A DNA stretch of 64,000 nucleotides from Dehalococcoidia bacterium (lineage in GTDB: Bacteria > Chloroflexota > Dehalococcoidia > Plut-88900), in the NCBI GenBank assembly GCA_965197585.1, contig OZ240215.1:1120001-1184000 (forward strand), in the 5' to 3' direction. The position numbers were made by a program, and so were the translations under genes. The notes beneath the pieces were generated by a model, which saw nothing but the letters and a program-made list of their open reading frames with translations, was not told the DNA's origin and did no database searches. How positions within the stretch are numbered: position 1 is the first letter of the stretch; every line of letters begins with the position of its first letter. Below are positions 18,655-29,279 of the stretch, piece by piece.

Positions 18655-19830
18655 CTAAACGGCGTAACAGCCCAGGGTGAGACATGTGATGTCATCGTGC
18701 TGGGGTGCATTCTCAGCAAAGTGGTTCACGGCTTTGACTACCTCTATCCCAACCTCTGCCGCGTCTCTAGGCGTAGTGTTTGCGAATATCCGCTGTACCC
18801 GTTTGATTCCCAGTTGCACGCCTTCGCTGTTCATTGCCTCGGTTACTCCGTCAGTGTAAAGCACTAACGTATCACCCGAAGATAGATATACGGTCTCCTG
18901 CCGGTACTCAAAATCCGCAAGGACGCCCAGAGCTAGGCCCCCTGTAAGGGGAAGAAGGGAGGAGGTACCGTCGCTGTGGAGCAGTAGAGGCGGATCGTGG
19001 CCGCCGCTTGCATAGGTCAAGGCGCGGGTGTCGGGGTTGTACACCGCATAAAGCATCGTAACAAACATTTCGGCGCTGTTGTCCTCGTGGAGCAGGTTGT
19101 TTACTTCGGAAAGCACCGCCCCTGGCCCGTCCATTCCAATAGCCGCGCCCTTCAGCAGTGTACGGCTCGACATCATGAACAATGCAGCCGGCACCCCCTT
19201 GCCCGACACATCGGCTATGGCCAGACCTATCTGTCCATTCTGCAGCCGTATAACGTCATAGAAGTCTCCTCCCACGTTCCGGGCCGGTTGCATGGTCCCG
19301 AATACTTTGTACGTGTCACTGATAGGAAATGCAGTGGGCAGAATGGACTGTTGCATGGTGCTTGCGACGTTTAGCTCGTTCTGAAGGACCACCAGCTTGT
19401 CGCGCGCATTGAGGGCGTCTCGCAGCTCCTCTATGTGCTGCAAAGTCCTGTCTATTGTGAAGCGGAGATCGTCGAAGTCAACCGGCTTGGTCACGAAGTC
19501 GAACGCACCCCTGTTCATGGCCGTCCGGATATTCTTCATGTCGCCGTATGCCGAAATGATCACCGACCGCAGATTTGGGCTTACCTTAGGTATCTGCTCC
19601 AGTAGTGAAAGCCCGTCCATTCTCGGCATGTTGATGTCCGACAGGACCATGTCGATCTCTTCGTCTGCCTCTAGCATCTCCAGGGCCTCGACTCCGTCCC
19701 CAGCGAAGCAAAACTGATAGCGCCCCGACCGGATATCGCGCCGCATCCGCTGAAGCATGAGGGGTTCCAGGTCAGGCTCGTCGTCGACCACCAGGATTTT
19801 GTAAGGCTTAAGCCTGTCTGCCGTTGTCAT
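18655..19830 (-). CDS. Response regulator receiver plus PP2C/SpoIIE phosphatase
   Basis: ILVVDDE, LSDINMP, FVTKP receiver; VGGDFYD, IADVSGKG, LYTDGVTEA, HDDIT PP2C motifs. Confidence 0.92.
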   Translation of the reverse strand: MTTADRLKPYKILVVDDEPDLEPLMLQRMRRDIRSGRYQFCFAGDGVEALEMLEADEEIDMVLSDINMPRMDGLSLLEQIPKVSPNLRSVIISAYGDMKNIRTAMNRGAFDFVTKPVDFDDLRFTIDRTLQHIEELRDALNARDKLVVLQNELNVASTMQQSILPTAFPISDTYKVFGTMQPARNVGGDFYDVIRLQNGQIGLAIADVSGKGVPAALFMMSSRTLLKGAAIGMDGPGAVLSEVNNLLHEDNSAEMFVTMLYAVYNPDTRALTYASGGHDPPLLLHSDGTSSLLPLTGGLALGVLADFEYRQETVYLSSGDTLVLYTDGVTEAMNSEGVQLGIKRVQRIFANTTPRDAAEVGIEVVKAVNHFAENAPQHDDITCLTLGCYAV

Positions 19831-20162
19831 CTGTGCCTTTTATATCCGTCTTGGCATAGGGGCTATCGGGCGCAAACCACCAGCATTGAAGAAAATGGTA
19901 GGTTAAGCTGGCAGAGACATTGTGCCCAGTTAACATTGTCCACGCGGTCATTGCACCTCGTAAGTAGTGGGTTTCGCTCTTCCTTTCGGCGCTGACTATC
20001 GCGTGCCGAGACAGTCTACAACATGGTAGCTACGTGCGACAATCTATTGCACTTGTTTAATACTTTTGTTTTGTTCCAGTTGCACCCAATGTCCCGACCG
20101 ACTAAAGTTGGCCTAACTCTATCTGTCTGGCCCTCCCCACCATTCCTGAAAGGGGCAAACCA

Positions 20163-21710
20163 ATGAGATACGACCATATAATTGTTGGCGCAGGATCGGC
20201 AGGCGCTGCCCTCGCCGCCCGACTCACCGAAGACCCCGACCGCTCCGTTCTCCTCCTCGAAGCTGGCGGCGACTACCCCGAGTTCGAGCGCATTCCCGAG
20301 GAGGTCAGACTGGCCTACGGCAGCAAGGTGCCCATCTGGGACAGCGACCACATCTGGAATTTCAGCGCCCGTGCCACCGACCTTGCACGCATAGACATTC
20401 CCCGCGGCAAGATCACTGGCGGCTCCAGCGGAGTCAACGGCGCCCAGTTCCTCAGGGGTGTCCGGGAGGACTACGACCGATGGGCTGAGTGGGGCAACGA
20501 AGAATGGTCCTTCGAAAACGTGTTCCCCTACTTCAAGCGCATGGAGGCCGATCAGGATTTCCGTGACGAGTTCCACGGCAACGACGGCCCAATAATGGCC
20601 CGCCGCTACCCCGAGGACGAGTGGCCGCCCCACGCCCATGCCTTCTACCAGGCCTGCCGTGACGCCGGCTTTCCAGACTGCCCCGACCACAACCGCACAG
20701 ACTCCACGGGCGTCGGTCCCCTGACCTTTAACATCATCGATGGCGTGAGGATGAGTACTGCCATCGGCTATCTGAATCCTACCCGGCACCGCCTCAATCT
20801 GACTGTCAGACCCCAGTGTCATGTCCACGGCATCATCTTCGATGGCAACCGGGCAGCCGGTTTGCTTGTCATAAGCGGTCGAGAGATGTTCTCAGTATAT
20901 GGAGACGAAATCATCCTCTGCGCCGGAGCCGTGGGCACCCCACACATCCTGCTGCTCTCGGGCATTGGACCTGGAGACCAGTTAAGGAATCTAGGCATTC
21001 CGGTGGTCCAGGACTTGCCGGGCGTTGGCCGAAACCTTAGAGACCACCCGGATGTGCCCCTGTGCTGGTACACGAAGGAGGATTACCCTCTGAACATCGA
21101 TCAGGTCACCTCCGGCACGGTGACCCTGAGGCACACGGCCCCGGGATCGCCCTTCGTGAACGACATGATCCTGTACGTCGGCAACTATTTGGCAGCGAGA
21201 CCCTTCAGGGGCCTGGACGAGAAGGCCCCCGTCGGCGTCGGAGTCAGCCAATGCCTCTACCTGGCCTTGAGCGAGGGCGAGCTCAGGCTCCAGTCCACCG
21301 ACCCGCGCCAGCAGCCCATCCTCGACTACAACCTCCTCGACGACCCATTCGACCTGAAGCGCATGCGAGACGGCCTTAGGCTCTGCAATGAGCTATTCAG
21401 CCACGACGCATTCAGTGACATCGTCGAGAGCCGTACCACCCCTTCGGACGAAGTCTTGGATTCCGACACTCTCCTGGATGAGTGGATGAAGACCGAGGTT
21501 GTAACGGCCCACCACATCTCCAGCACCTGCAAAATGGGCCCTTCCAGCGATCCCCTCGCCGTCTGCGACCAGTACGGCAAGGTCTACGGCGTCGATGGCC
21601 TCCGCATTGTGGACGCCTCCATCATGCCCGACACCGTACGCGCCAACCTCAACGTCACCGTCATTACAATGGGCGAAAAGGTCGCCGACTTCATAAAACA
21701 GGGCCGCTAA
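20163..21710 (+). CDS. GMC family oxidoreductase
   Basis: YDHIIVGAGSAG, PRGKITGGSS, VGRNLRDHP, HHISSTCKMG, LRIVDASIMP. Confidence 0.93.
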   Translation: MRYDHIIVGAGSAGAALAARLTEDPDRSVLLLEAGGDYPEFERIPEEVRLAYGSKVPIWDSDHIWNFSARATDLARIDIPRGKITGGSSGVNGAQFLRGVREDYDRWAEWGNEEWSFENVFPYFKRMEADQDFRDEFHGNDGPIMARRYPEDEWPPHAHAFYQACRDAGFPDCPDHNRTDSTGVGPLTFNIIDGVRMSTAIGYLNPTRHRLNLTVRPQCHVHGIIFDGNRAAGLLVISGREMFSVYGDEIILCAGAVGTPHILLLSGIGPGDQLRNLGIPVVQDLPGVGRNLRDHPDVPLCWYTKEDYPLNIDQVTSGTVTLRHTAPGSPFVNDMILYVGNYLAARPFRGLDEKAPVGVGVSQCLYLALSEGELRLQSTDPRQQPILDYNLLDDPFDLKRMRDGLRLCNELFSHDAFSDIVESRTTPSDEVLDSDTLLDEWMKTEVVTAHHISSTCKMGPSSDPLAVCDQYGKVYGVDGLRIVDASIMPDTVRANLNVTVITMGEKVADFIKQGR

Positions 21711-21856
21711 GCCCATCTATTCGACGGATCTCGTTTACCCTGTCATTCCGAGGCTCCGCGGGGAATCTAAGGCGTATATCGCACCTCTCTACTCCTGTCC
21801 TTCGCCAACGAGGACTGAAGAACTGGGGACGCCACCCCTCAAGAAAGGACCACACC

Positions 21857-23401
21857 ATGAAATACGACCACATCATAGTAGGCGCAGGCTCCGCCGGAGC
21901 AACCCTCGCCGCCCGACTCACCGAAGACCCCGACCGCTCCGTCCTCCTCCTCGAAGCCGGCAGCGACTTCCCGGAATTCGAGCGTATTCCCGAAGAGGTT
22001 AGGCTGGCCTACGGCGGCAGGACTATTTACGACTCCGAGCACATCTGGAACTTCAGCGCTCGCGCAACCTCCAAGGCCCACATGGACATCCCGCGCGGCA
22101 AGATCACCGGCGGGTCCAGTTCCGTCAACGACGCCCAGTTCCTCCGCGGCGTCCGCGAGGACTACGACCGATGGGCGGAATGGGGCAACGACCAATGGTC
22201 TTTCGACAACGTCTTCCCCTATTTCAAACGCATGGAAGCCGACCAGGACTTCCGGGACGAATTCCACGGCAATGACGGCCCCATCATGTGCCGCCGTCAT
22301 CCCGAGGATGAGTGGCCGCCCCACCAGCGCGCCTTTTACCAGGCTGCCCGAGACAAGGGCTTCCCCCACTGCACCGACCATAACCGTACCGACAGCACGG
22401 GTGTCGGGCCCCTTACATTCAACATCATAGACCGCGTCCGGATGAGCACCGCCATCGGCTATCTGAACCCTGCCCGTCACCGACTCAACCTCACCATCCG
22501 ACCTAATTGCCTCGTTCATGGCATCCTATTCGATGGCAACCGGGCTGCCGGTTTGCTTGTCATAAGCGGCAAAGAGATGTTCTCCGTCTACGCCGATGAG
22601 ATCATTCTCTGCGGTGGGGCCGTCGGCACTCCCCACATCCTCCTCCTCTCCGGCGTCGGCCCCGCCGACCAACTCAACGCTTTCAACATTCCCGTTGTCC
22701 AGGACTTGCCGGGGGTCGGGCACAACCTCCGCGACCACCCTTACGTTCCATTGTGTTACCTGACCAAGCCCGACTTCCCCCTGGACCTCCCCACCCCCGC
22801 CTCAGGCGCGGTCACCCTCCGCTACACCGCATCCGGCTCACCCTTCGTAAACGACATGATCATTTACATGGGGAACTACGCCGCCAGACGGCCTTCCAGG
22901 GGCCTTGATGACAAGGACCCTGTCGGTATTGGAGTTGGCCCCGCCCTCTACCTTGCCGTAAGCCAGGGCGAGCTCCGACTCCAGTCCACCAACCCCCGAC
23001 AGCAGCCTATCCTCGACTACAATCTCCTCGACGACCCCTTCGACCTTCAGCGTATGCGCGATTGCATCAGGCTCACCGACTCCCTTTTCCAACACTCCGC
23101 ATTCTCCGACATCGTCGACAGGCGCAACGCCCCCTCCGACGAGGTCCTCAATGACGACGAACTACTTGACGATTTCATGCTCCATGAGGTCATGACCGCT
23201 CACCACATCTCCAGCACCTGCAAGATGGGCCCGTCCAGCAATCCCCTCGCCGTCTGCGATCAGTACGGCAAAGTCTACGGCCTCGATGGCCTCCGCATCG
23301 TCGATGCCTCCATCATGCCCGACACCGTACGCGCCAACCTCAACGTCACCGTCATGACCATGGGCGAAAAAGTCGCAGACTTCATCAAACAAGGCAACTG
23401 A
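21857..23401 (+). CDS. GMC family oxidoreductase (tandem paralog)
   Basis: Same motifs as the upstream gene; ATG at 21857 after gaaagga. Confidence 0.93.
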   Translation: MKYDHIIVGAGSAGATLAARLTEDPDRSVLLLEAGSDFPEFERIPEEVRLAYGGRTIYDSEHIWNFSARATSKAHMDIPRGKITGGSSSVNDAQFLRGVREDYDRWAEWGNDQWSFDNVFPYFKRMEADQDFRDEFHGNDGPIMCRRHPEDEWPPHQRAFYQAARDKGFPHCTDHNRTDSTGVGPLTFNIIDRVRMSTAIGYLNPARHRLNLTIRPNCLVHGILFDGNRAAGLLVISGKEMFSVYADEIILCGGAVGTPHILLLSGVGPADQLNAFNIPVVQDLPGVGHNLRDHPYVPLCYLTKPDFPLDLPTPASGAVTLRYTASGSPFVNDMIIYMGNYAARRPSRGLDDKDPVGIGVGPALYLAVSQGELRLQSTNPRQQPILDYNLLDDPFDLQRMRDCIRLTDSLFQHSAFSDIVDRRNAPSDEVLNDDELLDDFMLHEVMTAHHISSTCKMGPSSNPLAVCDQYGKVYGLDGLRIVDASIMPDTVRANLNVTVMTMGEKVADFIKQGN

Positions 23402-23574
23402 TCCCTCAACCCCACAAAATATAAGAAAGGGGGAGAGGGTTCCCTATCCCCTCCCCACAAATGGCATCATTTCGGGAATTAGTGAAATAGCATGTCACAG
23501 ACTGCCATTTCGTGCCTAGAGTGCCACGCGGACGCGGCGCAATTTTGGGAGAAGTTGTCCTGAAGTTGTCCCGC

Positions 23575-23763
23575 TCAGTTGGCGAGATAGTGGTCAAGAC
23601 ACCACTTTGGAATAAGCACCCGGCCCCTCGACTTCTTCACCTTCAACTCCCCGGCCTGTATCAGCCGCCAAACATGCCGGTCACTCACTGTGAGGATAGT
23701 GGCGGCTTCCTGCACAGTGAACACGAAACGGGGCAATGGTTCAGTGACTTCACGCGGTTCCAT
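23575..23763 (-). CDS. Excisionase-like (HTH_17/MerR-like) small DNA-binding protein
   Basis: FTVQEAATILTVSDRHVWRLIQAGELKVKK..GRVLIP pattern. Confidence 0.75.
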   Translation of the reverse strand: MEPREVTEPLPRFVFTVQEAATILTVSDRHVWRLIQAGELKVKKSRGRVLIPKWCLDHYLAN

Positions 23764-23939
23764 CCCCGCTATTCTCAGTGCCCGTTACGGGGTGGGCAAT
23801 GGCGTCCACCCACTCGGTTGTCTGAAGACAGCAAAAGGCATGCGCTGAAGCCAGTTGACAGGCAGCGCCCGGAAGGGCATCAGCATAGGATTTAGAGTTA
23901 TCCCGGTTAAGTGGGTCGAGACGGGCGCTTGCCTGGCTG

Positions 23940-24638
23940 CTAGGGTTGCTTACATCCTACCCGTGACATGCCTGGCGACGACGCAAGGTTCCATGTGAAT
24001 ATTTCCACCGGGAGTTCTTTTGCGTTTTCACTCAATATCTGGGCGATGGTCATTGTTGGACTGACACGTCCTTCAGATATGTTTGGAGGAAATGGTATTA
24101 GCCATAGCAGGGAGGCATAACCAGTTGTGTATTCTTGAGGGATACTTCCTGAATCCGTAGACAATGTTTCGCCTGTATGCGTGTTTATTGCTAGGTTCAT
24201 CACAACGCGGGGAATGCAGGGCCTTTGAATTTCATTGATGTCTATTCCCTCTTCGTACACAGCCGCAACTACATAATATTGATGGTCAGCAAGAGGCCGG
24301 TACTTATCGACCTTGCGTTTCACGCGGGCAACAGAACTGTCATCGCTATCAAGATATGTGACTTCTACAATGAATCGATAGGAACTTGGTAACTGAGGAG
24401 CCACTGTCCACTCGTAATCTGGGTGTCTGCCGGAGAAGTCGGGTTCTCGGTCCAAATTGCCAGAGCAATCGTCGAGTATTAGTCCCACATAGCCCTCTGC
24501 TATCGCTCCCTTCGGTTTTTCTGGCCTATAGAAATCTATGTGGTCTAGGCAGGCTTGGAATAAGGGTCCATGAATTGTCAGACGTTCTTCCATAAACACT
24601 CTGGGGGGTTCATTTCGTCCGGGGTGATGGATTCTCAC
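23940..24638 (-). CDS. Hypothetical protein, possible PD-(D/E)XK nuclease fold
   Basis: AE..., REP..G.HPDY..., FIVEVT..., K..KY pattern; visibly AT-richer than flanks. Confidence 0.5.
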   Translation of the reverse strand: MRIHHPGRNEPPRVFMEERLTIHGPLFQACLDHIDFYRPEKPKGAIAEGYVGLILDDCSGNLDREPDFSGRHPDYEWTVAPQLPSSYRFIVEVTYLDSDDSSVARVKRKVDKYRPLADHQYYVVAAVYEEGIDINEIQRPCIPRVVMNLAINTHTGETLSTDSGSIPQEYTTGYASLLWLIPFPPNISEGRVSPTMTIAQILSENAKELPVEIFTWNLASSPGMSRVGCKQP

Positions 24639-24796
24639 ACGGGTCGCTAGGATTGTTGATATGGTGGTTTAGCCCTGACACGTCTCGGACACCAGACCCT
24701 CAGATTATAAGCGATTTCTCAATCTGAGCGGCTATCTGACGTTCCCGTGGTGTTGGCCGGAGTGGAATTATCATCGAAGGTGGTCGGGCACGAATA

Positions 24797-25555
24797 TTAG
24801 CCCCTCCCCACAAACGGCATCTTCGTAGCCATGATGTTCATGAAAAGCACGTTGGTGTCCAATGGCAGGTTCGCAATGAACAACACCGCCTCCGCCACCC
24901 TCTCCACATCAAAGGTCGACTCCACCTTCCGGGTCCCGTCCGGCTGAGGCACCCCTTTCGACATCTTCGCAGTCATCTCCGTCACCGCGTTCCCAATGTC
25001 TATCTGGCTGCAGGCGATGTCGTATTTCCTCCCGTCCAGAGCCGTCGATTTCGTCAATCCCACCATCCCATGCTTTGTCGCTGTGTAGGGTGCGGAGTTT
25101 GGCCTAGGGGTCTGCGCGGATATCGACCCGTTGTTGATTATCCGACCCCCCATCGGAGTCTGATCTTTCATCATCCTGAACGCCTCCTGCGTGCACAGGA
25201 ACGGCCCCGTGAGGTTTGCATCAACTACAGTCTTCCACTGCTCATAGGTCAGGTCTTCCAGCGGGCGCCCCGCGGCCCCGACCCCCGCGTTGTTGAACAG
25301 CACGTCCAGCCGTCCGAACACCTCCTTGGTCTTGGCAAACAGCCCCCTCACCGCTTCCGGGTCTCCCACGTCCGTCCTCACCACTATGGCATTCTTACCC
25401 TCTTCCCCCGCCTCCTCCCGCGTCTTTTCCAACAGTTCCGCCCGACGTCCCGCCAGAGCTACTGACCACCCGTCCTTCAGCAGCGCCAGCGCACAGCTCT
25501 TCCCGATTCCTGTCCCCGCACCCGTGATTATCACAACCTTGCCCGTGGAACTCAT
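24797..25555 (-). CDS. SDR family oxidoreductase
   Basis: [17 protein letters not shown] motifs. Confidence 0.93.
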   Translation of the reverse strand: MSSTGKVVIITGAGTGIGKSCALALLKDGWSVALAGRRAELLEKTREEAGEEGKNAIVVRTDVGDPEAVRGLFAKTKEVFGRLDVLFNNAGVGAAGRPLEDLTYEQWKTVVDANLTGPFLCTQEAFRMMKDQTPMGGRIINNGSISAQTPRPNSAPYTATKHGMVGLTKSTALDGRKYDIACSQIDIGNAVTEMTAKMSKGVPQPDGTRKVESTFDVERVAEAVLFIANLPLDTNVLFMNIMATKMPFVGRG

Positions 25556-25673
25556 TTACATAACCTCCGAACTTAGCCTTGTGAAACGACATAATAGTAG
25601 AGCTGGTTGTTTGCCATCTCCGACTGCCGACGATAGTATATCCGCAAGCCGAATCCCTTTCGAGGAGCGCACC

Positions 25674-26825
25674 ATGAACGATTCCATGACCTACGTCGAT
25701 GTCGACGGACACATCCTCGAACCACCCAACATGTGGAAAGAGTACATAGAGCCCGAGTACCGTGACGGTGCCGTCCAGATTCTGCTCGACGACAAGGGCC
25801 TGGAATATCTGAGCGTCGCCGGGGCGACCTCATGGTTCATGCAGGGCGGTGTCCTCGGTAACATTGCCGGCATTGGGCAAGACGTCCGGGAGCACCTAAC
25901 GCCCGGCTCCATCACCTACGAAGAGTCACTGCTCCCCGGCGGCTATGACCCCCACGAGCGCATCAAGGTCATGGACGAAGAGGGCATTGACGTCTCGATC
26001 CTCTACCCGTCCCTGGGTCTCTGCTGGGAAGACGTCTGCTCCGACCCCAAGCTCGCCGCCGCCAACTGCCGCGCCTATAACAACTGGATGATCGACTTCT
26101 GTCGCCCCTACCCGGACCGTCTCCACGCCGCCGCCCACATCCCCGCCCTCGACGTCGAGGAAGCGGTGAGGGAGCTTAGGAGGGTGGCAGGCCTGGGCGT
26201 CAAATCGGCCATGCTGATCTCCGCCGCCCCCGACGGCCTCGCCTTCGGCAACCCTCGCTTCGATCCCCTCTGGGCCGAGGCCCAGGAGATCGGCATCCCC
26301 ATCTCCTTCCATCCCACCGGCAGCTTCACGTCCATCGGAAACCACTTCTACCCCACCCCTGAAGACTCCTCCGTCTGGTGGGTCTACGTAGTCGCCTCCG
26401 ACGAAGTCAAGTACCAGTACACATCCCTGCTCGGCGACGGCGTCCTGGAGAAATTCCCGGAACTCAAAATCGTCTTACTGGAGTCGGGGGTCGGGTGGCT
26501 CGCCTTCTGGATCGACCGCATGGACCAGAAATACGAGGTCAACGGCTTCACAACTCCTATGAATATGCTGCCCAGCGAGTATTTCCAGAGGCAGACCTGG
26601 ATTGCCATAGAACCCGACGAACGCCTGGCCCAATTCAGCATCGAAGCCCTCGGCGCGGATAAGTTCTTCTGGGCCTACGACTATCCTCACTCGGACTCAG
26701 TGACCGAGCCGCTCACTAAGCTCAAAGACACCCTTGCCCCCCTCCCCGAAGCCTCCCAGCGAATGGTCGCCGGAGAAAACGCCATCGCGCTCTACGATTT
26801 AAAGGTAGGTGCCGCACGGGTTTAA
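25674..26825 (+). CDS. Amidohydrolase_2 family protein
   Basis: DVDGHILEP, AYNNW, ISFHP, LESGVGW, DYPHSD; ATG after gaggag. Confidence 0.9.
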   Translation: MNDSMTYVDVDGHILEPPNMWKEYIEPEYRDGAVQILLDDKGLEYLSVAGATSWFMQGGVLGNIAGIGQDVREHLTPGSITYEESLLPGGYDPHERIKVMDEEGIDVSILYPSLGLCWEDVCSDPKLAAANCRAYNNWMIDFCRPYPDRLHAAAHIPALDVEEAVRELRRVAGLGVKSAMLISAAPDGLAFGNPRFDPLWAEAQEIGIPISFHPTGSFTSIGNHFYPTPEDSSVWWVYVVASDEVKYQYTSLLGDGVLEKFPELKIVLLESGVGWLAFWIDRMDQKYEVNGFTTPMNMLPSEYFQRQTWIAIEPDERLAQFSIEALGADKFFWAYDYPHSDSVTEPLTKLKDTLAPLPEASQRMVAGENAIALYDLKVGAARV

Positions 26826-26841
26826 CGTAAGGGCAGGGCAA

Positions 26842-26951
26842 TCCGTTCGCCCTAATGCTCTCGAAGGGTCAAGCTGTGGGTGCCCGTCGATGCGTCTACC
26901 GAACAGACTCAGGGGGGTAATCCGTTCGCCCTGAGCCGAGTCGAAGGGTCT
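26842..26951. repeat. Two REP-like units (cgttcgccctgag..tcgaaggg family)
   Basis: tccgttcgccctaatgctctcgaagggtc and tccgttcgccctgagccgagtcgaagggtc; related copies near 36191, 36279, 41295 and 53945. Confidence 0.65.
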
Positions 26952-26985
26952 CCCGAACGGATTCGAGGTGGGGACAAACCCCCCA

Positions 26986-28134
26986 CTACTCGATAAACCC
27001 GTAGAGCTTACCCGCATTCGTACGAGTGATCTTTTCCCGTGCCCCGGCAGGAACACCCGCCAGATTCTCCTCAATGGTAGCCAGGGAGTCGGGCCAGACG
27101 CCATCCGGGTGCGGGTAGTCGGAGCCCCAGATAATGTTGTCCTCTCCCATAAGAGGCACCATGCCCGGATCGATGGTCTCCTTCTGGTAGGTGGAGAAGC
27201 CCTGCCTGAGCCAGAACTCGCGGGGCGTCATCGATAAGTTTAGGTGATAGAAGCGGTCCTCGTACTCATGGTCCATCCTGTCCAGAACATAGGGCAGCCA
27301 GCTCACACCACTCTCTCCCAGCACGAACCTCAGCCCCGGGTGCCGATCGCACGCCCCCGAGAATATGACACTGGCCAGGTACTCCACCCCCGATAGCTGG
27401 AACATTGTGATCCGCACCGCCTTGTATCGCCTCTCGTACTCTTCCGCCTCCTCAGGGTCCGGCTGACGAGGAGTGAACCCGACAGTGTGGAAAGATATCG
27501 GGGCCTGTGTCTCCTCCGCTGCTTCCCACAACACGTCCCAGTTCTCGTGGTACATAGGTTTGCTCGCAGAGGCCACTGCAAAGTCCGCCCCCCGCAGCCC
27601 CAGCCCCGAGGCCCTTCTAAGCTCCGATGCCGCTTCCGCCGGATCATGGTTGGGAATGCAGGCCAGCGCCCTGAATCGCTCCGGGTTCGACTTGCAGAAG
27701 TCCGCCGCCCAGTCATTGTAGATGCGATAGACCAGGGACATCGCCTCGGGGTCCTTTAGGTTCAGTCCGACCCCAAGGATGCCGTATATGACCTCGGCCT
27801 CCACACCGTCCAGGTCTTGGTCCTTCGCCCTCAGCTCCGGGGTGGTTGGGTGAAACAGGCCCTTCGCGCCGTCCTCGTAGAAGCCCAGCGAGATCATCCT
27901 GTCCAACCGTTTGGACCAGCCTTTCTCCACTTTTTCACCCGTGAACCCCAGCCCCCCGACCCCTCCCAGCTCAATCCCGTTCGCCCTCCACGATGTTCCC
28001 CGCTCGTCCACCACCACCCGAGGCATCTTCGCTGCCATGTCAGCGGGGGCATTTGAAGCGAACAGGTCGCCCGGCAGCCAGGTTAGATCAACGTGAGAGT
28101 CCCCGGAGATAATCGTGTATTCCATCGCACTCAT
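26986..28134 (-). CDS. Amidohydrolase_2 family protein
   Basis: ISGDSHV, IYNDW, ISFHT, GESGVSW, WGSDYPHPDG. Confidence 0.9.
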   Translation of the reverse strand: MSAMEYTIISGDSHVDLTWLPGDLFASNAPADMAAKMPRVVVDERGTSWRANGIELGGVGGLGFTGEKVEKGWSKRLDRMISLGFYEDGAKGLFHPTTPELRAKDQDLDGVEAEVIYGILGVGLNLKDPEAMSLVYRIYNDWAADFCKSNPERFRALACIPNHDPAEAASELRRASGLGLRGADFAVASASKPMYHENWDVLWEAAEETQAPISFHTVGFTPRQPDPEEAEEYERRYKAVRITMFQLSGVEYLASVIFSGACDRHPGLRFVLGESGVSWLPYVLDRMDHEYEDRFYHLNLSMTPREFWLRQGFSTYQKETIDPGMVPLMGEDNIIWGSDYPHPDGVWPDSLATIEENLAGVPAGAREKITRTNAGKLYGFIE

Positions 28135-28267
28135 CCCTCCCAATCGTCACGAGTTGCCCCGCATATGTCCTAGGCCGCCACAGTCCGATCAACTGGATTA
28201 TATACAATCCCGCCCGACAATAGTTGGGGGCTTGTTGTAACTCACGGAAGTGACAATACCTGTCCCC

Positions 28268-28472
28268 GTAGGGGCGATTCGCGAATCGCCCTCCCCCCAA
28301 CCTCCGCGTAAATCCACTCCGGCAGGTCAAAGAGCGGGTGGAATATCGTGGTTGGGGGTCCCACTCCCCTCTCTCGATGAGTCGCAGATGCGCTGAGGCG
28401 TGACCCTTGCATAACCTGTGTTGGAAGGGCGTGGGGCCGCTCGTGCTGAGGCTCTCGAAGTATGAGCGGGGG
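28268..28472. repeat. Composite REP/MITE-like repeat cluster
   Basis: gtaggggcgattcgcgaatcgccc GTAG-palindrome; gacccttgcataac end motif; gctcgtgctgaggctctcgaagtatgagcgg unit. Confidence 0.65.
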
Positions 28473-28649
28473 GTGTTAGGCGAGCTGGACGGAACAACAT
28501 ATGCGATCTGCAGCTACACGAAGATCCCCCGAGGGCCGTGGATACGCCTCTATCGTGAAGGGATTGAGAGGGAGGGTGTTTCGAGGATTCCAATCAGAAC
28601 CAATCGCAGCCGCGCATCGGCCTCATGGGGAAAAGGGGTGATAAAAAAG

Positions 28650-28693
28650 AAGAGAAAAAGAAGGGGCCTCTCCCGACACGAGAAGCCCTCTTC
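28650..28693 (-). terminator. Rho-independent terminator of the RRM gene
   Basis: Minus strand gaagagggcttctc..gagaggccccttc followed by tttttctc. Confidence 0.7.
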
Positions 28694-28718
28694 AATTAGC
28701 GGTCAGTTAGGGGTTTGG

Positions 28719-28997
28719 TTACCAGGAACGTCGGTTGTTCGAGGGCGCACGGTTGGCCCGGGGCCTCGCTTCGTTTACTGTCACGTTGCGACCGTCGATT
28801 GCGGTGCCGTTCAGCCCTTCGATAGCTGACCTTGCGGCAGAGTCGTCACCAATTTCAACGAAACCGAAGCCGCGGGAACGGCCCGTCTCCCTGTCCGTGA
28901 TGACTACGGCGTCGTCGATGGTGCCGTAAGGCGCAAAGGCCTCCCTCAGATTTTCTTCCCGAGTGTCGTAGTTTAGGTTTCCTACGTAAATCTTCAT
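28719..28997 (-). CDS. RRM-domain RNA-binding protein (RbpA-like)
   Basis: IYVGNL RNP2; DRETGRSRGFGFVE RNP1; VNEARPR. Confidence 0.95.
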   Translation of the reverse strand: MKIYVGNLNYDTREENLREAFAPYGTIDDAVVITDRETGRSRGFGFVEIGDDSAARSAIEGLNGTAIDGRNVTVNEARPRANRAPSNNRRSW

Positions 28998-29279
28998 AGC
29001 GGTTCTCCTTATTTTTGTATCCGTCGATTGCTGGAGGAACCGCCGGCGCTCAGTGTGTCGGTCCGAGGGGGCAGGGGTAACTCTCGATATCTCTGGACGC
29101 CAGTATTATACACCACATAGCAATAACGCGATCAATATCCCGGACACGGCCTCGCATTGCGCTAGTTTGCCACTCGAAAAGTGACACCATTTACTCTTTC
29201 AACATACCGGGTACAATTGACCTCCAAACAAAAGACTCACGGAACTAATTGCCCCACACGAGATTATCAGGAGGCCCCA

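Noticed and set aside
21482-21856. N-terminal extension of the second GMC gene in the ORF track
   Set aside because: It overlaps the first paralog and a repeat; homology and the SD place the start at 21857
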